DNA of 64,000 nucleotides from an uncultured Actinomycetota bacterium (GTDB lineage Bacteria; Actinomycetota; Actinomycetes; Mycobacteriales; CADCTP01): positions 957,732 to 1,021,731 of the forward strand of contig CAWDLH010000008.1 in NCBI GenBank assembly GCA_963803135.1, written 5' to 3'. A model generated the notes under the pieces. It ran no database searches and was not told where the DNA came from. It worked only from the letters and a program-made list of their open reading frames with translations. A program made the translations under genes and the position numbers. Below are positions 17,115-29,330 of the stretch, piece after piece (the stretch's first letter is position 1; each line of letters opens with the position of its first letter).

Positions 17115-18082
17115 CGCAGTGCTCCTCCGGACGCGCCGCGGCGCCGTGCGGCGACGAAGCGGACCATGTCGACCAGCCAGTCCCGGTCCGTCCGCAGCTG
17201 GAGGTGAGCGGCGCCGGCCCGGCGCAGCGCCGCGGCGATCTCGGTCCGCTGCTCGCTGGCCGCGGCCGCGTACTTCTCCCGCAGCTGCTTCTTGCCGGTC
17301 TGCACCTCGAGCAGCGACCCGCTCTCCGGGTCGATCAGCGTGAGCAGCCCGACCGATGGCAGGCCGAGCTCGACCGGGTCGAGCACCTCGATCGCGAGCA
17401 CGTCGTGCCGCACGGCCAGCGCCCGCATCGGCCGCTCCCAGTCAGGGTTCGGGCCGCTGTCGCCGAGGAAGTCGGAGATCACCACGGCGAACCCACGCCG
17501 GCGCGGGGGCCGGCGCAGTGCCTCGAGCGCGGCGGCCAGGTCACCCCGGTTGCCCCGGGCCGAGCGGGGCATCGTCGCCAGCTTGCGCAGCAGCGCGGTC
17601 GAGTGCACCCGCCCGGACCGGGCCGGGAACCGGTGCAACTGCTCGCCGGTGGTGATCAGCGCGCCGAACCGGTTGCCGCCCTTGCCGGTGAGGTGGGCGA
17701 CGGCGGCGACCGCGGCGACGACCAGGTCGCGCTTCTCGCACCGGGCGGTGCCGAAGTCGAGGCTGGGCGACAGGTCGATCACCGCCCAGCTCTCCAGCTC
17801 CCGGTCGGCGACGGTCTCCCTGATGTGCGCGACCGTGGTCCGCGCGGTGACCGCCCAGTCCATCCTGCGCACGTCGTCGCCGGGGTGGTACTCGCGCGAC
17901 TCGCCCGGCTCGGAGCCGGGTCCCGGCACCAGGCCGAGGTAGTTGCCCTGCAGCAGCCCGTCCAGCTTCTGCCGGATGGTCAGCTCCAACCGGGCCAGCA
18001 CCGCCGCGGCCTCGGCCGGCCCGGCGTTGCGCAGCGTGGCCGCCCGGGCCGGCGGGCCTTCCGCCTCGGACGGAGCGGTCAC
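17111..18082 (-). CDS. DUF58-domain protein
   Basis: EYHPGDDVRRMDWAVTART motif typical of DUF58. 4-nt overlaps with moxR and the VWA gene. Confidence 0.85.
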   Translation of the reverse strand: MTAPSEAEGPPARAATLRNAGPAEAAAVLARLELTIRQKLDGLLQGNYLGLVPGPGSEPGESREYHPGDDVRRMDWAVTARTTVAHIRETVADRELESWAVIDLSPSLDFGTARCEKRDLVVAAVAAVAHLTGKGGNRFGALITTGEQLHRFPARSGRVHSTALLRKLATMPRSARGNRGDLAAALEALRRPPRRRGFAVVISDFLGDSGPNPDWERPMRALAVRHDVLAIEVLDPVELGLPSVGLLTLIDPESGSLLEVQTGKKQLREKYAAAASEQRTEIAAALRRAGAAHLQLRTDRDWLVDMVRFVAARRRGASGGALR

Positions 18083-19233
18083 GCGCTGCGCTCCTCGCCG
18101 GGGCCGTTGGACAGCTGCTCGGCCGGGCGGTTGGGCTGCGGCAGCGGCGGCGGGGCCGACACGGCCGGGGTGGACCCGGTGGCGGGCGAGTAGCCCTGCG
18201 ACCCGTACGGGCCGCCGGCGGCCCGCTGCCGCGGGGTGACCTGGGGCAGCGGCACGCTCTGCAGCACCCGGTGCACCACGTGCTCGGCCGGCACGCCGTC
18301 GGCCAGCGCGTCGTACGAGAGCACGAGCCGGTGCCGCAGCACGTCCGGCGCGACGTCGAGCACGTCCTGCGGCAGCACGTAGTCCCGCCCGCGCATGAGC
18401 GCCAGCGCGCGGGCCGCGGCGATCATGCCGAGCGACGCCCGCGGGCTCGCCCCGTACGCGACCCAGCCGGCGACGTCGGTCATCCCGTGGTCGGCCGGCG
18501 CCCGGGTGGACAGCACGAGCCGGATCACGTAGTCGACCAGCGCGTGGTGCACGAAGACGTGGCTGGCCGCCTCCTGCAACCGCAGCAGGTCGGCGGGGCT
18601 GAGCACCTGCTCGGCGACGGGCGGCTGGACGCCCATCCGGTAGACGATCTCCCGCTCCTCCTCGCCGGTCGGGTAGTCGACCACGACCTTCATGAGGAAC
18701 CGGTCACGCTGCGCTTCCGGCAGCGGGTAGACCCCCTCGGACTCGATCGGGTTCTGCGTGGCCAGCACGAGGAAAGGCTTCGGCATCGGATATGTGGTGC
18801 CACCAATGGACACCTGGCCCTGTGACATGACCTCGAGCAGCGCGGACTGCACCTTCGCCGGCGCGCGGTTGATCTCGTCGGTGAGCACGAAGTTCGCAAA
18901 CACCGGACCGAGCTCGGTGTCGAACCGGTCCGAACTCGGCTTGAAGATCCGGGTGCCGACGATGTCGGACGGAACAAGGTCGGGAGTGAACTGCAACCGG
19001 GCGAACGTGCCCCCGGCGACCGTGGCCAGCGTCTCCACGGCCAGTGTCTTGGCCACGCCGGGCACGCCCTCCAACAGGCAGTGCCCCTTGGCGAGCAGGC
19101 AGACCAGCATTCGCTCGACCATCCGGTCCTGTCCGACGATCACCCGCTTGACCTCGAACAGCGCACGCTCCAGCAGCCCGGCGTCCCGCGCCGGAGTGGG
19201 CGCCGAGGCGTCCCCGACCGCTGTCTCGACCAT
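18079..19233 (-). CDS. moxR: MoxR-family AAA+ ATPase
   Basis: VIVGQDRMVERMLVCLLAKGHCLLEGVPGVAKT...FVLATQNPIESEGVYPLPEAQRDRF; carries a Pro-rich C-terminal tail. Confidence 0.93.
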   Translation of the reverse strand: MVETAVGDASAPTPARDAGLLERALFEVKRVIVGQDRMVERMLVCLLAKGHCLLEGVPGVAKTLAVETLATVAGGTFARLQFTPDLVPSDIVGTRIFKPSSDRFDTELGPVFANFVLTDEINRAPAKVQSALLEVMSQGQVSIGGTTYPMPKPFLVLATQNPIESEGVYPLPEAQRDRFLMKVVVDYPTGEEEREIVYRMGVQPPVAEQVLSPADLLRLQEAASHVFVHHALVDYVIRLVLSTRAPADHGMTDVAGWVAYGASPRASLGMIAAARALALMRGRDYVLPQDVLDVAPDVLRHRLVLSYDALADGVPAEHVVHRVLQSVPLPQVTPRQRAAGGPYGSQGYSPATGSTPAVSAPPPLPQPNRPAEQLSNGPGEERSA

Positions 19234-19562
19234 CCGCCCGCCGCCTCCCCGAACCGGCTCACGCCGGCCTGCTCGATCCTTGTCGCCGAAGCAAAGCGCA
19301 GCAGCCGTGAGACCGGCGTGAGGTCCGATCCGTACGTTGCTGACCTGGGCTTACCGATCACTGAACCGGACCGCCCGGTCGGCGCGAACGTTACGGACAG
19401 GGATGGTCTGACCACTACTGCGGCCGTTCGGGTGATCTTCGTCTGGCGCTGCTGCCGAGCAGCGTCGACGTGGTGTAGCTTGGCACTCGCGTCGGGCGGC
19501 TCCCCCCGTGGCCGCCCGACGCCCAGAGTGCGCCCAGTGTCCGGAGCGCCGGAAATCCGCCC

Positions 19563-19763
19563 ATGACCTCCTCGCTCGATGCCGATGGTCGCTGCTCGGC
19601 CAAGGGCTGCCAGCGCCCGGCGGTGTACGCGCTGCTTTGGCGCAACCCGAGAATCCACGGCGAAGACCGGACCAAGCAGTGGCTCGCGTGCGCCGAGCAT
19701 CGTGACCCGCTGTCGGATTTCCTGGCCCGCCGCGATTTCCCGCTCCGCGTCGAGCGGCTCTGA
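19563..19763 (+). CDS. Small Cys/His-containing protein (possible zinc-binding), function unknown
   Basis: 66 aa: ...GRCSAKGCQRPAVYALLWRNPRIHGEDRTKQWLACAEHRDPL... (C-x4-C ... C-x2-H). ATG start, non-repetitive composition. Confidence 0.55.
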   Translation: MTSSLDADGRCSAKGCQRPAVYALLWRNPRIHGEDRTKQWLACAEHRDPLSDFLARRDFPLRVERL

Positions 19764-19769
19764 ATTCCG

Positions 19770-20798
19770 CTATCCCCCGATCGCGGACATCGGCCTTTCT
19801 GGCTGGCGGAAATTCGGATCGTCGATGCCGTGTCCGGCTTTCTTGCCGGCGATCGATACGACGAAGCGGCGGGCCAGCTCGTCGTCGTCGGCACCGGCGC
19901 GCATCGCCGTACGAAGGTCACTTTCCGTAGTCGCAAACAGGCAGTTGCGGAGCTGGCCGTCCGCGGTGAGGCGGACCCGGTCGCAGTCCCCGCAGAACGG
20001 CCGGGTCACCGAGCCGACCACGCCGACCCGCGGCTTCTGCTCGGCCCAGCCGGCCCGGTCCGGCCCGTCGATCACGGCCCAGGTCTCCGCCGGCGCGCTG
20101 CCGCGGTCCGGGTCCGGCACCGGCGCCAGCGCGTACACGGCCCCCAGCCGGTCGAGGATCTCGTCCGCGGTCACCATCGCCGACCGCTCCCAGCCGTGCT
20201 GCGCGTCCAGCGGCATCTGCTCGATGAACCGCAGCTGGTAGCCCTCCCGTAGGGCCCAGCCGAGCAGCGCGGGCGCCTCGTCGTCGTTGACGCCGCGCAG
20301 CAGCACCGTGTTGACCTTGACCGGGGCGAGCCCCGCCGCCTGCGCGGCCCGCAGGCCGGCCAGCACCGCCGCGTGCTTGTCCCGGAACGCGATCTGCCGG
20401 AACCGCTCCGGGTCGAGGGTGTCCAGCGAGACATTGACCCGGTCCAGCCCGGCCGCGGCGAGCGCGGCGGCGTCCCGGTCCAGCAGGATGCCGTTGGTGG
20501 TGATCGACAGCTCCGGGCGTGGCCGCAGCGCGGCCATCCGGGCGACCAGGTCGGGCACCCCCCGGCGCAGCAGCGGCTCGCCGCCGGTCAGCCTGACCTC
20601 GGTGACGCCGAGCGAGACCGCGATCCGGACCAGCCGGACGAGCTCGTCGTCGGTCAGCAGCGTGTCCTTGGGCAGCCAGTCGAGCCCCTCCGGCGGCATG
20701 CAGTACGCGCAGCGCAGCGAGCAGCGATCGATCAGCGAGACCCGCAGATCCGTCGCGACCCGGCCGAACCGGTCGACCAGCTTTCCGGGTGCCGTCAC
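19770..20798 (-). CDS. moaA: GTP 3',8-cyclase (molybdenum cofactor biosynthesis, radical SAM)
   Basis: DLRVSLIDRCSLRCAYCMP radical-SAM CxxxCxxC; C-terminal CGDCDRVRLTADGQLRNCLF. Confidence 0.95.
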   Translation of the reverse strand: MTAPGKLVDRFGRVATDLRVSLIDRCSLRCAYCMPPEGLDWLPKDTLLTDDELVRLVRIAVSLGVTEVRLTGGEPLLRRGVPDLVARMAALRPRPELSITTNGILLDRDAAALAAAGLDRVNVSLDTLDPERFRQIAFRDKHAAVLAGLRAAQAAGLAPVKVNTVLLRGVNDDEAPALLGWALREGYQLRFIEQMPLDAQHGWERSAMVTADEILDRLGAVYALAPVPDPDRGSAPAETWAVIDGPDRAGWAEQKPRVGVVGSVTRPFCGDCDRVRLTADGQLRNCLFATTESDLRTAMRAGADDDELARRFVVSIAGKKAGHGIDDPNFRQPERPMSAIGG

Positions 20799-20811
20799 TC
20801 AGCCACTGTAA

Positions 20812-22155
20812 TCAGGTACCAGGGCGAGTGGCGCCGATGTACCCGTTGGACCACATGTAGGAGATCTTGACGACGTCACCGGTCTGCGGCGCCTGCACGA
20901 TCCGCCCGCCGCCGATGTAGATCGCGACATGGTGGATCGAGCCGGGGTCGGACGTGTCGTACGCCCAGAACACCAGGTCGCCCGGCATCAGGTTGCCGCG
21001 GGAGATGTGGACGCCCGACCGGAACTGGTAGCCGGAGTAGTGCGGCAGGGAAACCCCGACCTGGGCCCACGCCCACAGCGCCAGCCCGGAGCAGTCGAAG
21101 CCGACCGGACCGCCGGTCCCCCAGGTCGGCCCGGCGGAGTTGCCGCCACCCCAGGAGTACGGCGTGCCGAGCCACTGCATCGCCAGGTCGGCGGCCCGCT
21201 GCCCCCTGGACGCCGACCAGCCGCCGCCGCCGGTCCACCGCGGCACGCTGACCGACCGGCCGCCGCCGGAGCTGGACGAGGACGAGGACGAGGAGCCGGA
21301 AGACGAGCTGGACGAGGCGGCCGCCGCCGCCTCCCGTGCCGCCGCCGCCGCGCGCAGCGCCCGCTGCCGGGCGGCCTCCCGCGCGGCCGCCTCCTCCTGC
21401 GCCTTCTTCCAGGCCCGGTAGCGGGCCCGCTCCGCGTACAGCCCGTTGAGCTTGATCCGGGCGGCCTCGAGCTGCTTGTTCAGCGCGGCCTTCTGGGTTT
21501 GCAGCGAAGCCAGCTTGACCCTGGCCGCGGCGACCTCGCGGGCGGCCGCCGCCTTGAGCTGCTCGGCCCGGGCGGTCGCGGCCTGCTGCGCCGCCAGCAG
21601 TTGCCGCGCCGTGGACTCGGCGTTGGCCCGCTTGACGTTGGCCCGCTCCAGCTGGCCCATCACGTCGAGCTTGTGCTTGCCGGCGTAGCCGAGCAGGTCC
21701 GCCCGCTGCAGCAGGTCGGTCGGGCTGTTGGCATCGAGCAGGGCCGCGGTCGACGACCCGACCGTGCTGCCCTGCATGTACGAGCCACGGGCGAAGCGGG
21801 CGAACTGGGTCTGGGCCGTCTGGACCGCCCTGGCCGACTTCGCGACCCGGGCCTTGGCCGCGGCTGCCTTCCTCGTCGCGGTGTCCAGGTCGACGACGGC
21901 CTTGTTGTAGCGCTCGACCGCGAGCTCGGCCCGGTCCTGGGCCCGGCGGGCGTCACCGTCGGCCTGGGCGACCAGCGCGGTCAGCCGGCCGACGTCGGCG
22001 GCCTTCTTGTTCCGCTGCTGCTGGGCGGCGGTGATCGCCGCGTCACCCGGATCGTGCGGCCGCGCCTGCGCGGTGTGCGGCACGAGCGTGACCGTGAGGA
22101 CGGCGGTCACGGTGACGATCGCCGCCCGGATCAGTGTCCCGGTCCTCTGCACCAC
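20812..22155 (-). CDS. NlpC/P60 peptidoglycan endopeptidase with N-terminal coiled-coil (RipA-like)
   Basis: Signal peptide, long Ala/Gln/Arg coiled-coil, poly-Ser linker, then a C-terminal NlpC/P60 domain (FDCSGLALWAW...IHHVAIYIGGGRIVQAP). I place the start at GTG 22155, after GGGGGAG. Confidence 0.88.
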   Translation of the reverse strand: MVQRTGTLIRAAIVTVTAVLTVTLVPHTAQARPHDPGDAAITAAQQQRNKKAADVGRLTALVAQADGDARRAQDRAELAVERYNKAVVDLDTATRKAAAAKARVAKSARAVQTAQTQFARFARGSYMQGSTVGSSTAALLDANSPTDLLQRADLLGYAGKHKLDVMGQLERANVKRANAESTARQLLAAQQAATARAEQLKAAAAREVAAARVKLASLQTQKAALNKQLEAARIKLNGLYAERARYRAWKKAQEEAAAREAARQRALRAAAAAREAAAAASSSSSSGSSSSSSSSSGGGRSVSVPRWTGGGGWSASRGQRAADLAMQWLGTPYSWGGGNSAGPTWGTGGPVGFDCSGLALWAWAQVGVSLPHYSGYQFRSGVHISRGNLMPGDLVFWAYDTSDPGSIHHVAIYIGGGRIVQAPQTGDVVKISYMWSNGYIGATRPGT

Positions 22156-22420
22156 ATCTCCCCCATGTGCACCGACTGGCATACACTGCCACGCTGGTCT
22201 CAGAGACGCCAGAGGCAACTCCAACCACAGGAGTCCCATCGGTCACCAAAGCCGATGGATCCCGCCGTTCCTGGACCTCTCCGGTACGGAATTTCGCGCC
22301 GCTCCGCCGCTCGGCCCCCATCGGCGTTACGCCGGCAGGGTGAGCACCACCCGCGTCCGCTGCTGGCGGGTCCGCTGCTGGCGGTCCACGCGGTCGGTCC
22401 GCGCGGTCGGGTCCGCGCGG

Positions 22421-22628
22421 CTCGGTCGCGCGGTCTGGTCGCGCGGTCTGGTCGCGCGGCCCGGTCGTGCGGTCTGGTCGCGCGGTCTGGTCGCGCGGTC
22501 TGGTCGCGCGGTCTGGTCGCGCGGTCTGGTCGCGCGGTCTGGTCGCGCGGTCTGGTCGCGCGGTCTGGTCGCGCGGTCTGGTCGCGCGGTCTGGTCGCGC
22601 GGTCTGGTCGCGCGGTCTGGTGGGTCGG
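22421..22628. repeat. 13-nt tandem repeat, ~16 copies (13 perfect), intergenic
   Basis: The unit TCTGGTCGCGCGG runs head-to-tail from 22434, with variants at 22421, 22460 and 22616 and degenerate copies further upstream to ~22380. The period is not divisible by 3. Confidence 0.95.
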
Positions 22629-22711
22629 CCGGGGCGACTCGGTCAGGATCGGGGCGCGGCTCGGCCGCGGTCGGGGTGGCCGGGGCCGGCTCGGTCAGGT
22701 TCGGGTACGGC

Positions 22712-23599
22712 TCAGCCGCGGCCGGTGACCCGGGCGACGACCGCCGGCAGGACCACGCCGAGCGGGGCGTCGACCGTGACCGCCGCGTACCGGTCGCCGC
22801 GGGTGGCGCCCTGGTTGACGATCGCGACGGACCGCCCGTCCCGCGCCGCACGCAGAACGAACCGGTGCCCGGACATGACCGTCAGCGAGGAGCCGAGCAC
22901 CAGCAGACTGTGGGACGCGGCCAGCAGCTCGTAACAGCGCGCGACCCGCTCCGGCGGCACGGTCTCGCCGAAGAACACCACGTCCGGCTTCAGCACGCCG
23001 GCGCAGTCGGTGCAGTCGACCGTGCGGAACCCGTCCAGCGCGGCCCCCGGCAGGTCGACGTCGCCGTCCGGGTTGACCCCGGCCGCGACCGCGTGCCAGC
23101 TCGCGTTCGCCGCGGCCAGCCGGGCGTGCAGCTCGTCCCGGCCGGACAGCCGGCCGCAGTCGAGGCAGCGCACCCGGTCCAGCCGGCCGTGCAGGTCGGT
23201 GACGTCGCGGGCGCCGGCGGCCTGGTGCAGCCCGTCGACGTTCTGGGTGACCACGCCGGTGAGCAGGCCGGCGTCCTGCAGCGCGGCGACCGCGCGGTGG
23301 CCGCGGTTGGGCGCGGCCCGGCCGACGAGCTGCCAGCCGAGGTGGCTGCGGGCCCAGTAGCGGCGGCGCGCGGCCGAATCGCCGCTGAAGGTCTGGAAGG
23401 TCATCGGCGAGGCCCGCCGGGCCGGGCTGGACGGACCGCGGTAGTCCGGGATCCCGGACTCGGTGGAGATGCCGGCGCCGGTCAGCACGAGGACCCCGCC
23501 GGCGGCGACCAGATCGGTCAGCGTGTCCAGCGCCGCGGCCGCCCGCTCGGCCGGCAGCGCGACGCGGCTCTCGCCGACTGCCGTCGCCCGGGCGACCAT
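22712..23599 (-). CDS. cobB: NAD-dependent protein deacylase (Sir2 family)
   Basis: [17 protein letters not shown]...[10 protein letters not shown]...Zn ribbon CLDCG...CTDCAG...[10 protein letters not shown] place the start at ATG 23599; the rest of track ORF 22712..24181 is antisense to acn. Confidence 0.9.
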   Translation of the reverse strand: MVARATAVGESRVALPAERAAAALDTLTDLVAAGGVLVLTGAGISTESGIPDYRGPSSPARRASPMTFQTFSGDSAARRRYWARSHLGWQLVGRAAPNRGHRAVAALQDAGLLTGVVTQNVDGLHQAAGARDVTDLHGRLDRVRCLDCGRLSGRDELHARLAAANASWHAVAAGVNPDGDVDLPGAALDGFRTVDCTDCAGVLKPDVVFFGETVPPERVARCYELLAASHSLLVLGSSLTVMSGHRFVLRAARDGRSVAIVNQGATRGDRYAAVTVDAPLGVVLPAVVARVTGRG

Positions 23600-23735
23600 C
23601 GTGTCCACGCGCACGACGGTACGTCCGGACGTCCGCCGACGCTCACCTGTCAACTCGCCGTCCACAGGACGTGACCTCGTCCACAGTGGTGCGTCCCACC
23701 CGCTGCACTCCGCGCGCGGGTGGAAGGATGAGCAC

Positions 23736-26504
<2,769 letters not shown>

Positions 26505-26514
26505 GCAGGTCGCC

Positions 26515-27027
26515 GTGACGTCCTGGGGTGACACGGTCGCGGAGCGGGCGATGCCGCTGCCGTGCGACGAGCTCGTGCCCGGCGATGGGCTGCTGCTGCA
26601 TCGTGCGATCGACGTCGCGGCGCCGGCCGCGGTGACGTTCCGCTGGCTGTGCCAGCTGCGGGTCGCGCCCTACTCGTACGACCTGCTGGACAACGGCGGG
26701 CGGCGCAGCCCGCGGACGCTCACGCCCGGGCTGGAGAGGCTGGAGGTCGGGCAGCGGATGTGCCGGATCTTCACCCTGGCGTCGGTCGACCCCGGGTCAC
26801 AGCTCACGCTGCGCCTGACCTCCCCACCGGCGCGGCGGGCGCTCGGCGACGTCGCGATCACCTACCTGGTCACACCGACCGGTGCCGACAGGTCCCGCAT
26901 CCTCGCCCGGGTTCGCTCGGGCGGCCTCGACCCCGTGCGCCGGCACGCCCTTGCCTGGGGCGACCTGCTCATGATGCGCAAGCAACTTCGCACCTTTGCC
27001 ACCCTCGCCGCCCGCACGCCCCGCTGA
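26515..27027 (+). CDS. SRPBCC/START-like (polyketide cyclase-dehydrase fold) protein
   Basis: 170 aa with the size and pattern (VTFRWLCQL...YSYDLLDNGG) typical of SRPBCC proteins. Weak motif-level call. Confidence 0.65.
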   Translation: MTSWGDTVAERAMPLPCDELVPGDGLLLHRAIDVAAPAAVTFRWLCQLRVAPYSYDLLDNGGRRSPRTLTPGLERLEVGQRMCRIFTLASVDPGSQLTLRLTSPPARRALGDVAITYLVTPTGADRSRILARVRSGGLDPVRRHALAWGDLLMMRKQLRTFATLAARTPR

Positions 27028-27406
27028 CCGCTCAGGCGTCACCGACCGGCGGTCCGGCAGGATCCGCCGCCCGCCTCCGCCGTCCCGACCGGCACCAGCG
27101 GCCAGGCCGCGCGTCGACCCTCGGGCCGGCGGCGCGGCGCGCCGCGACCATCGAACCCGATCGGCACCAGAGTCAGGAACCAGCGGTCCAGCGCGGCCGC
27201 GGCGGGACCGTCGAAGCCGATCGGGACCAACGGTCAAGCCGCTAGAGGTCGATCAGGAGCCCGATGAGAGCCATCGTGGCCCCGCCACATCATGACAACA
27301 GAGTGGCCACCCGCGCCTCCGGCTGTGCCCCGGGCGACAAGCCGTCGACGCGGCCGGCCGCCGCCCGACCGGGGCCGTCGGGCGGCCGGTCCGAAGGACG
27401 GCGGCC

Positions 27407-27474
27407 GGTGGGTCGGACGGCAGGGCCGAAGGTCGGCGCCGGTGGGTCGGACGGCAGGGCCGAAGGGCGGCGGC
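27407..27474. repeat. 34-nt tandem duplication downstream of the helicase gene
   Basis: GGTGGGTCGGACGGCAGGGCCGAAGG(T/G)CGGCG(C/G)C x2 (27407-27440, 27441-27474). Confidence 0.8.
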
Positions 27475-27482
27475 CGGGCGGG

Positions 27483-29153
27483 TCAGGCGGCAGGAGCGCG
27501 GCTGGTGCGGTCGGTGGGGCGGCTGGGGCGACGGCCCGGACGGCGACCCTGGCCGCGACCGGCCCGGTTACGGCCAGCGCCGGACACGGGCCGCTGCGGC
27601 GCGGGCGCCTCGGCGCGCACCACGATCGGCTCGCCGGACCGGCCGAGCTCGAGCACCGCGTCGTGGCCCGGCTCCACGGCCGTGATCGGTACGTCGAGAC
27701 CCGCGCGCTGAAACAGCCGGACGGCGTCGCGGGCCTGCTCCGGCAGCAGCATCGACAGCACGGTGCCGGTCGCGCCGGCCCGCGCCGTGCGGCCGGAGCG
27801 GTGCAGGTAGTCCTTGTGGTCGGCCGGCGGGTCGTAGTGCACGACCAGATCCACGTCGTCGACGTGGATGCCGCGCGCTGCGACGTCGGTGGCCACCAGC
27901 ACCCTGGTCCGACCGGCCGCGAAGGCGTCCAGCGCACGCTGCCGGGCGTTCTGCGCCAGGTTCCCGTGGATGGCGCCGGCTTCGGTGCTCTCTCGGCCGA
28001 GCTGCCGGGCCAGCCGGTCGGCGCCGTGCTTGGTCCGGACGAAGATCAGCGTCCGGGCCGGGCGGGCCACGATCTGGCCCAGCACCGCGACCTTGTCGTC
28101 GTGCCGGACCGTGAACGCGACGTGGTCCATGTTCTCCACCGGCGACGCGGCGGACGCGACGGCGATGGCGACCGGATCGCTCAGGTAGGCCCGGGCCAGC
28201 CGGTCGACGCCCCGGTCCAGCGTGGCGGAGAACAGCAGCCGCTGACCTCCGGGCCGGGTCATGTCCAGGATCTGGGTGACGTCGGGCAGGAAGCCGAGGT
28301 CGGCCATGTGGTCGGCCTCGTCGATCGCGGTGACCTCGACCGAGCCGAGCGAGCACTCGCCCTGCCGGATCAGGTCGAGCAGCCGGCCCGGGGTCGCGAC
28401 CAGCAGGTCGACGCCGCGCCGGAGCGCGGCGATCTGCCGGCCCATCGACGCGCCGCCGTAGACGGCGAGCACCCGCACGCCCATCGGCTGGCCCAGCGGG
28501 GCGAGCGCGTCCTGCACCTGGCCGGCCAGCTCGCGGGTCGGCACCAGGACCAGCCCGCCCGGAGTGCCGGCGGGGCGACCTGCCGCGCCGGCCAGCCGGG
28601 CCAGCATCGGCAACCCGAAGGCCAGCGTCTTGCCGGAGCCGGTCTCGGCGCGGCCGAGCAGGTCCCGGCCGGCGAGCGCGTCCGGCAGCGTCTTGGACTG
28701 GATCGGGAACGGCGTGCTGATGCCGCGTCGCTGCAGGCCGGTGAGCAGAGGCTGCGGCAGCCGCAGCGCGGCGAAGTCGGCCGGCCCGGGCGGCGCGTCG
28801 AGCGACGCGGTCAGCGCCAGCTCCAGCTCGCTGACCGGGGCGGGACGCGGCTCGCTGCGCGGCCGGGCCGGACGCCCGCCCGAACGCCGGCGGGCTCCAC
28901 CGGTGGGCGTGTCGCCGAAGCCGTACCGGGACGAGCTCGAACGCCCGGCCGGCGATCCGGACCGGCCGCCGGCCGGCTCTCCGGCGTCGGCCGAGCCGTG
29001 CCGGGCCGAGCCGGAGCGGCCGGCCGCTCCGTGGCGAGAGCCGGCGGAGCCGAAGCGGCCGGAGCCGGTCGATCCGGTCCCGGTCGAGCTGGACCAGGCG
29101 GGCGTGGACGAAGTGGATGAAGCCGCACGAGGGCGGCGGGCAGAGCGGGACAA
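27483..29153 (-). CDS. DEAD-box ATP-dependent RNA helicase with Arg/Gly/Ser-rich N- and C-terminal extensions
   Basis: Q-motif FPIQ, AETGSGKT, PTRELA, DEADHM, SAT, HGNL, ARGIHV, YLHRSGRTARAG. Start uncertain (29153 or an internal codon). Confidence 0.9.
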   Translation of the reverse strand: MSRSARRPRAASSTSSTPAWSSSTGTGSTGSGRFGSAGSRHGAAGRSGSARHGSADAGEPAGGRSGSPAGRSSSSRYGFGDTPTGGARRRSGGRPARPRSEPRPAPVSELELALTASLDAPPGPADFAALRLPQPLLTGLQRRGISTPFPIQSKTLPDALAGRDLLGRAETGSGKTLAFGLPMLARLAGAAGRPAGTPGGLVLVPTRELAGQVQDALAPLGQPMGVRVLAVYGGASMGRQIAALRRGVDLLVATPGRLLDLIRQGECSLGSVEVTAIDEADHMADLGFLPDVTQILDMTRPGGQRLLFSATLDRGVDRLARAYLSDPVAIAVASAASPVENMDHVAFTVRHDDKVAVLGQIVARPARTLIFVRTKHGADRLARQLGRESTEAGAIHGNLAQNARQRALDAFAAGRTRVLVATDVAARGIHVDDVDLVVHYDPPADHKDYLHRSGRTARAGATGTVLSMLLPEQARDAVRLFQRAGLDVPITAVEPGHDAVLELGRSGEPIVVRAEAPAPQRPVSGAGRNRAGRGQGRRPGRRPSRPTDRTSRAPAA

Positions 29154-29330
29154 GCCGAGAACTCCAGGTGGGTCAGGGCCGCACCTGGGCGATCTGTCCG
29201 CCGGACGGCCTGGCGGGCGACTCGCCCGCGGAGCGCGGCGGTCCTGACCGCCGATGTCACCAAGTGTACCCGTCCGCCCGATCGGCCCCCCAATCGGCTG
29301 CCCGAAACACCCCCGAGCGTGACCAGCACG

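Noticed and set aside
19491-19520. Perfect 10-bp hairpin GTCGGGCGGC-[TCCCCCCGTG]-GCCGCCCGAC with a six-C loop, reminiscent of 6C sRNA.
   Set aside because: 6C RNA has two C-rich loops and I found only one. No terminator or promoter context is visible. It may just be a 5'-UTR structure of the small ORF at 19563.
22156-22420. c-di-AMP (ydaO-type) riboswitch, often found upstream of actinobacterial cell-wall hydrolase genes.
   Set aside because: I looked on the minus strand for the conserved blocks I remember (GGGGACCCA, GGGGUGAAUC, CAGCUAACCUCGUAAGCG) and did not find them. Only cmsearch with RF00379 could settle it.
22421-22628. Possible CRISPR array.
   Set aside because: The units are 13 nt and directly abutting, with no spacers. 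No cas genes are in the window. It is a simple tandem repeat.
27039-27230. Degenerate ~60-70-nt repeats giving LVPIGFDG twice in a minus-strand ORF.
   Set aside because: The copies are diverged, there is no SD or plausible start context, and the ORF lies in a convergent intergenic region. Treated as non-coding repeat debris.
27361-27385. 9-bp GC hairpin (CCGCCCGAC-N7-GTCGGGCGG) about 100 nt downstream of the helicase stop as a terminator, and a similar CGGCGGTC..GACCGCCG hairpin at about 29229-29246 after pheT.
   Set aside because: No U-tract follows either hairpin and they are far from the stops. GC-rich hairpins appear common in this sequence.
27264-27482. ATG with a good SD (AGGAG-N4-ATG) opening ORF MRAIVAPPHHDNRV... 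in the convergent spacer.
   Set aside because: The ORF has no stop until 29120 because it runs antisense through the DEAD-box helicase gene. Its composition becomes Arg/Gly junk and there are no recognisable motifs.
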